Of a stretch of 64,000 nucleotides of DNA, positions 55,463 through 63,661 are shown in pieces. Position 1 is the first letter of the stretch, and each line of letters begins with the position of its first letter. The stretch covers positions 39,839-103,838 of the forward strand of contig NZ_DASQOH010000049.1 in assembly GCF_035644555.1 (NCBI RefSeq), in the 5' to 3' direction. Both the position numbers and the translations under genes were made by a program. Source of the DNA: Herbaspirillum sp. Its GTDB lineage: Bacteria; Pseudomonadota; Gammaproteobacteria; Burkholderiales; Burkholderiaceae_D. A model generated the notes under the pieces. That model searched no databases, had not been told where the DNA came from, and saw only the letters and a program-made list of their open reading frames with translations.

Positions 55463-56865
55463 GATGCACGACCACCGACGTGGGCGGATTTGGCGACCTC
55501 TGCGTGCAGTTGTTCGCTGATGGACTGGAGCTGTTCATAGGCCGGCGAATGCCCGGCCTTGATCAGGGGATTGAAACCATAGGCCAGGCCTTCGCTGATG
55601 GCATGGTCGAGGCCGATGACGCCGGCCAGACGCGGCCCCATCCAGCGCTTGAGCACTTCCAGCATGTCCTGGCAGAAGGTACGGGAGCCATCGTACTTGT
55701 TGACGATGTAGCGGCAATTGTTGCGGCCGTGCAGGGCCTGGCGCATGTGTTCCAGCGCCAGGAAGGAACCGGCATCGGGCGTGACCACCGCCACCACCTG
55801 GTCGGCCGCCTGCAGCGCCTGGTCCAGGTACGCGGTCTGGCCGGCCGGCAGGTCCAGCAGGACCACATCGCCCGGCTGCAGCTGCATTGCTTGCAGCTGG
55901 CGCATGAGCCATTGCGGGTCCTGCGCCATCTGGCGGGCGAGGGCGGCCTCGCCTTCGCGGGCCAGTACGGCGTGGGTCACCACCCGGGTGCCGGCACTGC
56001 CGTCGCGCCAGGCGGCACGCCAGTCGGGCGCCACATCGGCGGCGGGTACCGCCGCCGGGGCGGTGGCCGCGCTCACGCCCAGATGGTATTGCAGGGCATC
56101 CTGGGGATCGAGATCGATGGCGACCACCCGGCCATGCCGGGCCAGTGTGCAGGCCAGGGCCGAGCACAGCGTGGTCTTGCCGACCCCGCCCTTGGGCGAG
56201 ACGATGGCAATGACCTGGGCCGGGGTGGACGGCAGCAGCGCGGGAGCGCTCGGCGGCGTGTCGGACTGCCCGGCTGCCTGCCGGGACTGGCGCTGCTGGG
56301 TCACTTCCCCAAGCAGGGAACGCAATACCGAGGGCACGGCGGCATCGGCCACCACGGTGGGCATCACGGCGGCTGCCGTGGTCGATACCAGGGGCTTGAC
56401 GCGGCTTACGGGGGGCTGGGGCACCAGCGGGATAGCCGCGACCGGCGGCGCAGCGACTTCCACCAGCGGTGCGGCCGGCTGGGCCGGCGCCACTGGCGCG
56501 GCGGGAAACGCCTCATCCAGCACCGACGCGGCAGGCGCCGGCAGCGGCGTGGAAGGCAGGGGCGACTCGACCGGCGCGACGACGCTGGTCACCACGGGAT
56601 CCATCACCGGCTCGATGCGCTGCAGGGGAGAAACCGACTTGGCCACCACCGGCGGCGGGAGGATGCCGGAGGCGGCCGGAACGGCGGCATCGGCCACTGC
56701 CGCCACTGCGGCCACTTGCGCAGCCGGCTGCGCTGCCTCGACCATGAGCTTGGGTGCCTTGGGCTTGCGCGCCGGCTCCTTGTAGTCGATCGCTGCCTCG
56801 ATCTCGAGATAGCCATCCACCGCTGCCCCGAACTTGCTCAGCAAGTTGGAGATATCGTTTCCCAT
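55459..56865 (-). CDS. bcsQ: BcsQ/WssA-type ParA/MinD-like ATPase with a ~215-aa N-terminal extension (short conserved head plus Pro/Ala/Val-rich linker)
   Basis: Deviant Walker A IVSPKGGVGKTT at about residue 220. The N-terminus is MGNDISNLLSKFGAAVDGYLEIE, followed by a low-complexity A/P/V region. GGGAG RBS. Confidence 0.8.
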   Translation of the reverse strand: MGNDISNLLSKFGAAVDGYLEIEAAIDYKEPARKPKAPKLMVEAAQPAAQVAAVAAVADAAVPAASGILPPPVVAKSVSPLQRIEPVMDPVVTSVVAPVESPLPSTPLPAPAASVLDEAFPAAPVAPAQPAAPLVEVAAPPVAAIPLVPQPPVSRVKPLVSTTAAAVMPTVVADAAVPSVLRSLLGEVTQQRQSRQAAGQSDTPPSAPALLPSTPAQVIAIVSPKGGVGKTTLCSALACTLARHGRVVAIDLDPQDALQYHLGVSAATAPAAVPAADVAPDWRAAWRDGSAGTRVVTHAVLAREGEAALARQMAQDPQWLMRQLQAMQLQPGDVVLLDLPAGQTAYLDQALQAADQVVAVVTPDAGSFLALEHMRQALHGRNNCRYIVNKYDGSRTFCQDMLEVLKRWMGPRLAGVIGLDHAISEGLAYGFNPLIKAGHSPAYEQLQSISEQLHAEVAKSAHVGGRAS

Positions 56866-57500
56866 TTCTCTGCTCCCTGCTCAGGATCTCGTCTGCCGGC
56901 TTTTGGCCAAGGGCATCGGACCTGCCACAAACCTAGTTAAGAACCGCCAAAATCTTCCAATTTTCGCCATGTCTGGCGATGTGCAGTGCTCCGCTCTGCC
57001 GGCGGTCCTGTTCCCCGGAGTGATTCGGAGACGTCCCCATCTGTCCCGATTCAGAAATGTTATAAAATCGACCACACTTCGGTGTTGTGATTAAAACAAA
57101 CAAATCCTGATATCGCAACCTGCTTTGTTAGCAAACCTGCAAATAAAAGTTAAGTAACAACAGTCATTTCCTTATGGGAAATGGTGAACAACGAGGGCAG
57201 CATCTTATCTTTCACACAAGGCTGTTGTCGCCTATTTGTGACATAGCGCAATGAAAACCGTCGCAGATTTGGCACATCCTGCCCTCACGGAGACCCGATA
57301 TTTCCCGTTGAAAACAGTACTGTCACATCTGCACCGCGTTGGCTGGGATCACGCTAGGCTGCCTGCGGCTCCCCTGCCCAGTGCACCGCTATCGTATGCG
57401 AACACAAAAAACTGTCACTCGGGAAAAACCTGATACGCCCCGCGCCGCCAGAGGACGGCGCCGTGAGCAGATGAGCAACAAGCGGGCCAGGCCGGAAGAC

Positions 57501-59816
57501 TCAGGCGCCGCCGGCCCCGGCCGCCCCCTGCTCCAGTTGCCACCAGCCGGGCAGCAGGGCCTGGACCTCGGGCCGGGCGAAGCGCTGGTCGATCAGCCAG
57601 ACCGTGCCCTGATCGGTTTCGGTGCGGATGACCCGTCCCGCCGCCTGCACCACTTTCTGCAGGCCGGGAAAGAGGTAGGTGTAGTCGTAGCCGGCACCGA
57701 ACAGGCTGTCCATGCGCTGGCGCAGCTGTTCATTGACCGGATTGAACTGCGGCAGGCCCAGGGTGGCGACGAAGGCACCGATCAGGCGTTCGCCCGGCAG
57801 ATCGACACCCTCGCCGAAGGAGCCGCCGAGCACCGCGAAACCGATGCCCTGCCCGCCGCAGGTGAAACGCGCCAGGAAAGCCTCGCGCTCGGCTTCGGCC
57901 ATGCGGCGCGACTGCTGCCAGGTGGGGATGTCGGGGTGTAGCTCGCGCAGGGCGTCGTGCGCCTGCTGCAGGTAGTCGAAGCTGGAGAAGAAGGCCAGGT
58001 AGTTGCCCGGCCGGTGCCGGTACTGGCGCGCCATGAGAGCGCAGATCGGCGCCAGCGAGGCGGCGCGGCGCTGCCAGGTGGTGGAAATCTCCCGCGCCAC
58101 GCGCACCTGCAGCTGGCTGGCGTGGAAGGGCGAATCGACATCGATCCAGGCGGTCGACGACGGCATCCCCAGCAGGTCGGCGAAGTAATGCCAGGGCGCC
58201 AGCGTGGCCGAGAATAGCGTGGTCGACTGGGCAAAGGCAAAGCGCGGCCCCAGGAAAGGCGCCGGCACCACATTGCGGATGCACAACAGGTTGTCACGCT
58301 GGTCGTGGCGCGTCAGGTCGAACAACGAATGCGGGCCGAAGGACTCCGCCAGCCGGACGAAGGCCATGGCATCGAAATGGAAGTCGCGCAGGGCCGGTTC
58401 CAGCGGCACCGCCACCTGGGCCAGGTAGTCGTTGATGGTGGCGATGCAGTTGCTCAGGGCATCGACCAGGCGCGCCGGTGGCGTCTCCAGCACCTGATAC
58501 GGCAGGCCGGCGTCCTTGGTGGCCGTGGTCCAGGCACGCGCCAGCTGCTGCAGCGGCCGCGCCACGGCCGGTGGTGCCACCGCCCGGGCCGCGCGCAGGC
58601 CAGCGCGACTCAACTGGGCGCTGTACATGCTGCGCGCGCGGGCCACCAGGTTGTGCGCTTCGTCGGCCAGCACGCTCACCCGCCAGTCATGCGCCTGGGC
58701 CATGGCATAGAGCATGGCGCCGCCATCGAACCAGTAGTTGTAGTCGCCGACGATGACATCGCTCCAGCGGGTCATCTCGCTGCCCAGGTAGTAGGGGCAG
58801 ACCTGGTGCTGCAGGGCAATCTCCTGCAGCCGCTGGCGATCCAGCAAGGGCGCCTGCAGGCAGGCCGCGCGCGCCTCCGGCAAGCGGTCGTAGAAGCCCT
58901 GCGCCAGCGGACAGGAGTCGCCCCGGCACAGGCGGTCCGGATATTGGCAGGCCTTGTCGCGGGCACACAGCTCCAGCACCCGCAGCGGCAGGCCTTGGCC
59001 ATCCCGGCCCTTGAGGGTGGCGGCGGCGTCCAGCGCCAGTTGTCGGCCAGGGGTCTTGGCGGCGAGGAAGAGGATTTTGTCCAGTCGCTGCTCCGGCGCT
59101 GCCTTGAGCGCCGGGAACAGGGTACCCAGGGTCTTGCCGATACCGGTCGGCGCTTGCGCCAGCAGGCAGCGGCGGCTGCGATGGGCGCGAAACACGGCCT
59201 CCGCCAGTTGCCGTTGACCGGGCCGGAAATCCCCATGCGGAAACGCCAGGGTCTGCAGGGCAGTATCGCGGGCGGCGCGATGCGCCAGTTCCTGCGCGGC
59301 CCAGTCGGCGAAACGTTGGCACTGGCTGGCGAAGAGGCTGGCCAATTCTTCGCGGGGCCGGGTCTCCTCAAAGCGGGTTTCCTGCTGGCTGCCGATCTCG
59401 AAGTACACCAGCGCCAGCCTGATCTGCTGCAGGTCCAGCTTTTCGCACATCAGATGACCATACACGCGCAGTTGCGCCCAGTGCAGCTGACGATGGTTCT
59501 CGGGCTGGCTGGAGAGCTGGCCGCGATAGGTCTTGACCTCTTCCAGCAGTTGCTGCTGCGGGTCGTAGCCGTCGGCGCGACCGCGCACGTGCAAGGAGCC
59601 ATGCTCGGCCGCCAGCGCCACCTCGCTCTGGTAGTGCGCGCCGCGACGGGCGGCGACCACCGCATGGCCGGCGATGCCTTCCTGCGCGGTCGGGGTGGGC
59701 GTGAAGCGCAGGTCCAGGTCACCGACCTTGGCGGTGAATTCGCACAGGGCGCGAACCGAGACGCGATAGCGCGAGGTATCCTGCACCGGAGCGGGAGGCG
59801 CGGCGACCGAGCTCAT
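57501..59816 (-). CDS. PD-(D/E)XK nuclease domain fused to a DinG/XPD-type Fe-S DNA helicase
   Basis: Start re-picked at MSSVAAPP; the ATG at 59816 overlaps the upstream stop. Nuclease-like GRADGY...LEEVKT. Helicase motif I AQAPTGIGKT and DEAH box ADEAHNL. A 4-Cys cluster is CARDKACQYPDRLCRGDSC. Confidence 0.85.
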   Translation of the reverse strand: MSSVAAPPAPVQDTSRYRVSVRALCEFTAKVGDLDLRFTPTPTAQEGIAGHAVVAARRGAHYQSEVALAAEHGSLHVRGRADGYDPQQQLLEEVKTYRGQLSSQPENHRQLHWAQLRVYGHLMCEKLDLQQIRLALVYFEIGSQQETRFEETRPREELASLFASQCQRFADWAAQELAHRAARDTALQTLAFPHGDFRPGQRQLAEAVFRAHRSRRCLLAQAPTGIGKTLGTLFPALKAAPEQRLDKILFLAAKTPGRQLALDAAATLKGRDGQGLPLRVLELCARDKACQYPDRLCRGDSCPLAQGFYDRLPEARAACLQAPLLDRQRLQEIALQHQVCPYYLGSEMTRWSDVIVGDYNYWFDGGAMLYAMAQAHDWRVSVLADEAHNLVARARSMYSAQLSRAGLRAARAVAPPAVARPLQQLARAWTTATKDAGLPYQVLETPPARLVDALSNCIATINDYLAQVAVPLEPALRDFHFDAMAFVRLAESFGPHSLFDLTRHDQRDNLLCIRNVVPAPFLGPRFAFAQSTTLFSATLAPWHYFADLLGMPSSTAWIDVDSPFHASQLQVRVAREISTTWQRRAASLAPICALMARQYRHRPGNYLAFFSSFDYLQQAHDALRELHPDIPTWQQSRRMAEAEREAFLARFTCGGQGIGFAVLGGSFGEGVDLPGERLIGAFVATLGLPQFNPVNEQLRQRMDSLFGAGYDYTYLFPGLQKVVQAAGRVIRTETDQGTVWLIDQRFARPEVQALLPGWWQLEQGAAGAGGA

Positions 59817-61495
59817 GCAACCAGCGCCTCCCACTGCAGGTAGCACACCGAGACCGGCATGCCGTGGCGGGCGCAATAGTCCAGCCAGCGCAGCTGGTTG
59901 TCCTGCAGCTTGTCGCCGGGGCCCTTGACTTCGATCATGCGGTAGCTGCGCTGCTGCGGCCAGAACTGGATCAGATCGGGAAAACCACTGCGGTTCTCGC
60001 GCACGTCGTCCAGGATGCGCAGGCACCACAGGCGCAGGTGCGAGGGCGGGATGCAGTCCAGCGCCAGTTCCAGCAGGTCGCGCGTGATGCCGCCCCAGGC
60101 CACGAAGGGCGACTGGATGCCGGCCTTGACCTCATGAGTCGCCAGGATCGCGGCGCGATGGCTGCCATCGTCCAGCCGTGACAAGCAACGCTCGAACTGC
60201 ACACGCCGACGCCCATGGAAGTCGGCGCTGAAGAGGTCGGCCGGCTCGCGCTGGAAGGGGTGGAAGAAGGCCCCCGGAATGGCAGCGAAGATGGCCTCCC
60301 AGCACAGCAGACCGAACAGCGCATTGGCCAGCACATTCTCGACATAGAACACCGGTGCCTGCGGCTGCTGCCGTTGCAGGTAATCGCCCACCGCCTGTTC
60401 GACCCGTGCAGCGCCCTGTCGAGGCAGGCTCAGGTCCAGGCGATCGACGGCGGCGGCACGGGGGCGCGCCGGGGCCGGTTGCCCCAGCTGACGCGCCAGT
60501 CGCGGCGCGATGCGCGCCAGATGCTGGCGCTCCGCTTCGCTTTCCGGCGACTGTTGCGCAGTGCGCAGCAAGCTGTGCGCGGCGCCGAAGCGGCCCAGTT
60601 TTTCCAGCACGCGGATGGCACGCGCGCGGGCCCCCGGATAGGCGCAGCCTGCATAGACGGCGTGGGCCTGGGACAGGTCCTGCTCCTTCTCGAACAACTG
60701 GCCGATGCGGAACATCAACCGCTGGCGCCGGCTGTCCAGCCAGGGATTGTCGAACGCGCCGTGGGGCAGCATGGGCAACAGGCTGCCCGCGGCGGTGCCG
60801 GCCTCGTAGGCCTGGCGACAGGCGTGCAGCTGCAGGTAGAGATCGATGTCGCCACGGCTGCGAAAACCCCTGGCCTGCGGCCCCAGCGCGACCCGCTCAT
60901 AACGCAGGGTGCCGATATCGGCCAGCACGAATTCGCTCCAGTCCTGGCGCAGGTTGCCGAAGAACATCAGCCGCAGGCGCTCGCATAGGGGCCGGTTCAG
61001 CAAGCGCACGGCCTGGTCGCTGCCCTTGTGCTGCCATTGCGAAAAGGGCCGCGGATGACCGTGGGCGGCATCCTCGGCCAGCAGGGACAACAAGGCGTCC
61101 TTGCGCAGGGCCTTGCACGCAGGCGAGCGCAAGGCCGGCGAATCGAACTGCACCAGCAGCTCGGCCCGGGTAGATAGCTGGGCGAACTGCTGCAGGCTCA
61201 GCACAGGGTCGTGTTCGACGCAGGCCCCCGGCAGGCCACGTAAAGCCTGCAATGAACAATCGATCTCCGGATAGGCCAGTTTACTGACGCGAAAGAGTTC
61301 ACCTTTACGCATCATCATGCGCACGAACAGCGCGCGCGAAGCCAGCGGTAAGCCAGGGAAGGCGGTGATGAAGTCGCGTTCTTCCGCGTTCAGCAGATCG
61401 CCATAGCGCTGCGCCAGCCAGTCCAGAACCTGCTGGAAGTTGCCGAGATAGTAAAAACGGTGGGTGGGGTCCAAAACGGCGGCCATGGGATGCAT
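59813..61495 (-). CDS. FAN1-like VRR-NUC domain nuclease
   Basis: 560 aa. The C-terminal VRR-NUC motif is GFPDLIQFW...YRMIEVKGPGDKLQDNQLRWL. The N-terminal helical/TPR-like region resembles bacterial FAN1 homologues. Confidence 0.85.
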   Translation of the reverse strand: MHPMAAVLDPTHRFYYLGNFQQVLDWLAQRYGDLLNAEERDFITAFPGLPLASRALFVRMMMRKGELFRVSKLAYPEIDCSLQALRGLPGACVEHDPVLSLQQFAQLSTRAELLVQFDSPALRSPACKALRKDALLSLLAEDAAHGHPRPFSQWQHKGSDQAVRLLNRPLCERLRLMFFGNLRQDWSEFVLADIGTLRYERVALGPQARGFRSRGDIDLYLQLHACRQAYEAGTAAGSLLPMLPHGAFDNPWLDSRRQRLMFRIGQLFEKEQDLSQAHAVYAGCAYPGARARAIRVLEKLGRFGAAHSLLRTAQQSPESEAERQHLARIAPRLARQLGQPAPARPRAAAVDRLDLSLPRQGAARVEQAVGDYLQRQQPQAPVFYVENVLANALFGLLCWEAIFAAIPGAFFHPFQREPADLFSADFHGRRRVQFERCLSRLDDGSHRAAILATHEVKAGIQSPFVAWGGITRDLLELALDCIPPSHLRLWCLRILDDVRENRSGFPDLIQFWPQQRSYRMIEVKGPGDKLQDNQLRWLDYCARHGMPVSVCYLQWEALVA

Positions 61496-61506
61496 CTGGG
61501 GCGTTT

Positions 61507-61526
61507 AACTGTATATAAGAACAGTA
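61507..61526. promoter_or_regulatory. LexA (SOS) box
   Basis: AACTGTATATAAGAACAGTA fits CTGT-N8-ACAG perfectly and is near the TACTGTATATATATACAGTA consensus. It begins 12 nt upstream of the ATG at 61495. Confidence 0.7.
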
Positions 61527-61554
61527 TAACGCCTCTCCCCTTCCGACTGCCCGC

Positions 61555-61577
61555 AAGGACCATCGGAAGGACCATCG
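61555..61577. repeat. Tandem direct repeat, 2 x AAGGACCATCG with a 12-nt period (plus a partial third copy)
   Basis: Read directly: aaggaccatcg-g-aaggaccatcg-caagg. It lies between the LysR stop and the SOS box. Confidence 0.6.
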
Positions 61578-61586
61578 CAAGGGCGA

Positions 61587-62492
61587 TTACAGGCGCGGGG
61601 CCAATGCCTCGGCGAAGAACTCCGTCACCGCCCGCACCCGGGCCGGGATGAAGCGGCGGCGCGGCCAGACCAGGCAGATGTCGCGGGTGTCGTCGATGAA
61701 GTCATCGAGGACGGTGATGATCCCCGCGTCCTGCAGCGTTCCCCTGCCCCGCCCTTGCTCCGGCTCCACCAGCGAGGCGCGATTGAACATGCCGATGCCC
61801 AGGCCCGCCTGCACGGCGCTGAGGATGGTCTCCACGGTATTGGACGAGAGGTTGCCGCTGACCGGCACGCTGAACCGCCCCTGGGGACCGGTGAAGTGCC
61901 ATTCACGCATGTCCTTGTAGATGAGGCAGTTGTGGTGTGCCAGCGCCTGCGGCGTGGCCGGCACCCCGTGCTGCGCGAAATAGTGGCGCGAACCGGCGCA
62001 CACCAGCGGGCTGCTGGTGATGCGCTTGACCACCGCATCCGGATGGCGCTCCGGACTGACCCGAATGGCCAGGTCGATGCCCTCGGCCAGCAGGTCGTTG
62101 ACGCCATCGGCCAGTTGCAGGTCCAGCCGTACCCCGGGGTAGCGCGCCAGCAGCGCCGGCAGCAGCGGCAGGACGTGCAGCCGGCCGAAGGTCGCCGCCG
62201 CCGCGACCCGCACCGGGCCGGAGATCTCCAGCGTAGTGCGCATGATCTCGCCATCGGCCTGGGCCATCTCTTCCAGCAGCGGCTGGGTGCGCTCGTAGTA
62301 TTGGCGCCCGTGCTCGGTCAACCGCACGCTGCGCGTGCTCCGCTGCAATAACTGCACGCCCAGGCGCTTTTCCAGCGCGTTGACCGACTTGCTGATGGCC
62401 GACTGCGAATCGCCCAGCCGCCGCGCCGCCGCCGAGAAGCCACCGGCTTCCACTACGGCGACAAAGGCGCTCAGCTCATGAAATCTGTCCAT
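61587..62492 (-). CDS. LysR-family transcriptional regulator
   Basis: HTH MDRFHELSAFVAVVEAGGFSAAARRLGDSQSAISKSVNALEKRLG. 301 aa, divergent from the SDR gene. Confidence 0.9.
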   Translation of the reverse strand: MDRFHELSAFVAVVEAGGFSAAARRLGDSQSAISKSVNALEKRLGVQLLQRSTRSVRLTEHGRQYYERTQPLLEEMAQADGEIMRTTLEISGPVRVAAAATFGRLHVLPLLPALLARYPGVRLDLQLADGVNDLLAEGIDLAIRVSPERHPDAVVKRITSSPLVCAGSRHYFAQHGVPATPQALAHHNCLIYKDMREWHFTGPQGRFSVPVSGNLSSNTVETILSAVQAGLGIGMFNRASLVEPEQGRGRGTLQDAGIITVLDDFIDDTRDICLVWPRRRFIPARVRAVTEFFAEALAPRL

Positions 62493-62557
62493 CTTCCGTC
62501 TTCCTCGGTGTTGCCCTGCCTTGCCTTCGTCCTGTCATCAGGATGGCGAACAAGGAT

Positions 62558-62576
62558 TTATTCCATATTGGAATAA
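62558..62576. promoter_or_regulatory. 8-3-8 perfect inverted repeat TTATTCCA-tat-TGGAATAA (LysR T-N11-A-type site)
   Basis: Read directly, in the LysR/SDR divergent intergenic region. Confidence 0.5.
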
Positions 62577-62719
62577 GAGTAATCGAATTACGCCAGATTA
62601 TCATCAACATCGACAGGAATTACGATCTCCTCACGTTGACCGGGCGGCCTTTGGCTTCCCGACCGGCACCGGCCCGCGATCGCGGCGCCCCGTGAACATT
62701 CCTTTGAGGAGAATTGAAC

Positions 62720-63490
62720 ATGAGCACATCTACACATCAGCCTATCTCTGCAGCCCCCTCCCTGAACCTCGCCGGCAAGAAGGTGGTGGTGGTCGGCGGC
62801 AAGAGCGGCATCGGCCTGGGCATTGCGCAGGCGGCGCAGGCGGCGGGGGCCCAGGTCGTGGTTGCCAGCCGCCGGGTGGCGACCATTCAGGAACGAGCAG
62901 ACCTGGGCAGCTTCGAACAGGTCAGCCTGGACATGCGCGACGAAGCCTCGGTACGCCAGGCCTTCGCGGGCATCGGCGCCTTCGATCACCTGATCGTGAC
63001 CGCCGCACCCGACATCGGCAGCTGGGGCGGTTTCATGGACGCCGACATGCAAGGCGCGCGCAGCTACATGGAAGGCAAGTACCTCGGCAGCTGGGCCTGT
63101 GCCCGCCATGCCGCGCCGCTGCTGCGTGCCGGGGGCTCGATCACCTTCCTCAGCGGTGGCCTGGCGGTACGTCCCAAGCCCGGCTTCGCGGCCGTCACGC
63201 CGGCCTTTGCGGCCGTGGAAGCCTTGTCGGCCGCGCTGGCCATCGAACTGGCCCCGACCCGCGTGAACACCCTGCGCCCCGGCTTTACCGATACCGACAT
63301 GTGGGGCTTCCTGCCGGCCGAGGTGCGCGCCGGCCTGAAGCAGAAAGTGGCCGCAGCATTCCCGGCCCGCCGCGTCGGCCGCGCCGAGGACATCGGCCAT
63401 GCCGCCCTGTTCCTGATGACCAATCCCTACGTCACCGGCACCGTGGTGGAAGTCTCCGGCGGCGAAACCCTGGTCGACAGCGTGTCCTGA
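62720..63490 (+). CDS. Short-chain dehydrogenase/reductase
   Basis: ATG at 62720 follows GAGGAG at 8-nt spacing (the track start at 62714 is a TTG). Rossmann motif VVVVGGKSGIGLG. Confidence 0.9.
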   Translation: MSTSTHQPISAAPSLNLAGKKVVVVGGKSGIGLGIAQAAQAAGAQVVVASRRVATIQERADLGSFEQVSLDMRDEASVRQAFAGIGAFDHLIVTAAPDIGSWGGFMDADMQGARSYMEGKYLGSWACARHAAPLLRAGGSITFLSGGLAVRPKPGFAAVTPAFAAVEALSAALAIELAPTRVNTLRPGFTDTDMWGFLPAEVRAGLKQKVAAAFPARRVGRAEDIGHAALFLMTNPYVTGTVVEVSGGETLVDSVS

Positions 63491-63661
63491 GGCGGCTTGC
63501 CCGGCGGGCGCAGGGGGCGGCCATCGTGGCAGCACCCTGCGCCTGGAGGGTCAGCCGAGGCGGGACAAAACAGAATCGCCATTGCCGGATAAGATTGGCA
63601 CCCGGCAAACCCGGTTTGCCCTCTCAACAACGATCATCGCCAAAGACCCACGGAGACCCAG

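Noticed and set aside
56933-57433. Small ORFs in the bcs upstream region (61 aa on the minus strand at 56933-57118; 60 aa on the plus strand at 57251-57433)
   Set aside because: Neither has a convincing RBS. Their composition is atypical for this genome's coding DNA, and no motif is present.
56866-57500. c-di-GMP riboswitch (GEMM-I/II) or another known riboswitch in the bcs leader
   Set aside because: Reading the minus strand, I could not find the conserved GEMM core elements (GNRA tetraloop/receptor arrangement with the ...GGCAAACC... and ...ACGCAAAGC... type blocks). A covariance-model scan is needed before claiming anything.
62588-63535. 315-aa minus-strand ORF overlapping the SDR gene
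   Set aside because: It is antisense to a gene with a clear Rossmann/SDR signature and a good RBS. Its translation is Gly/Ala/Arg-rich with no motif.
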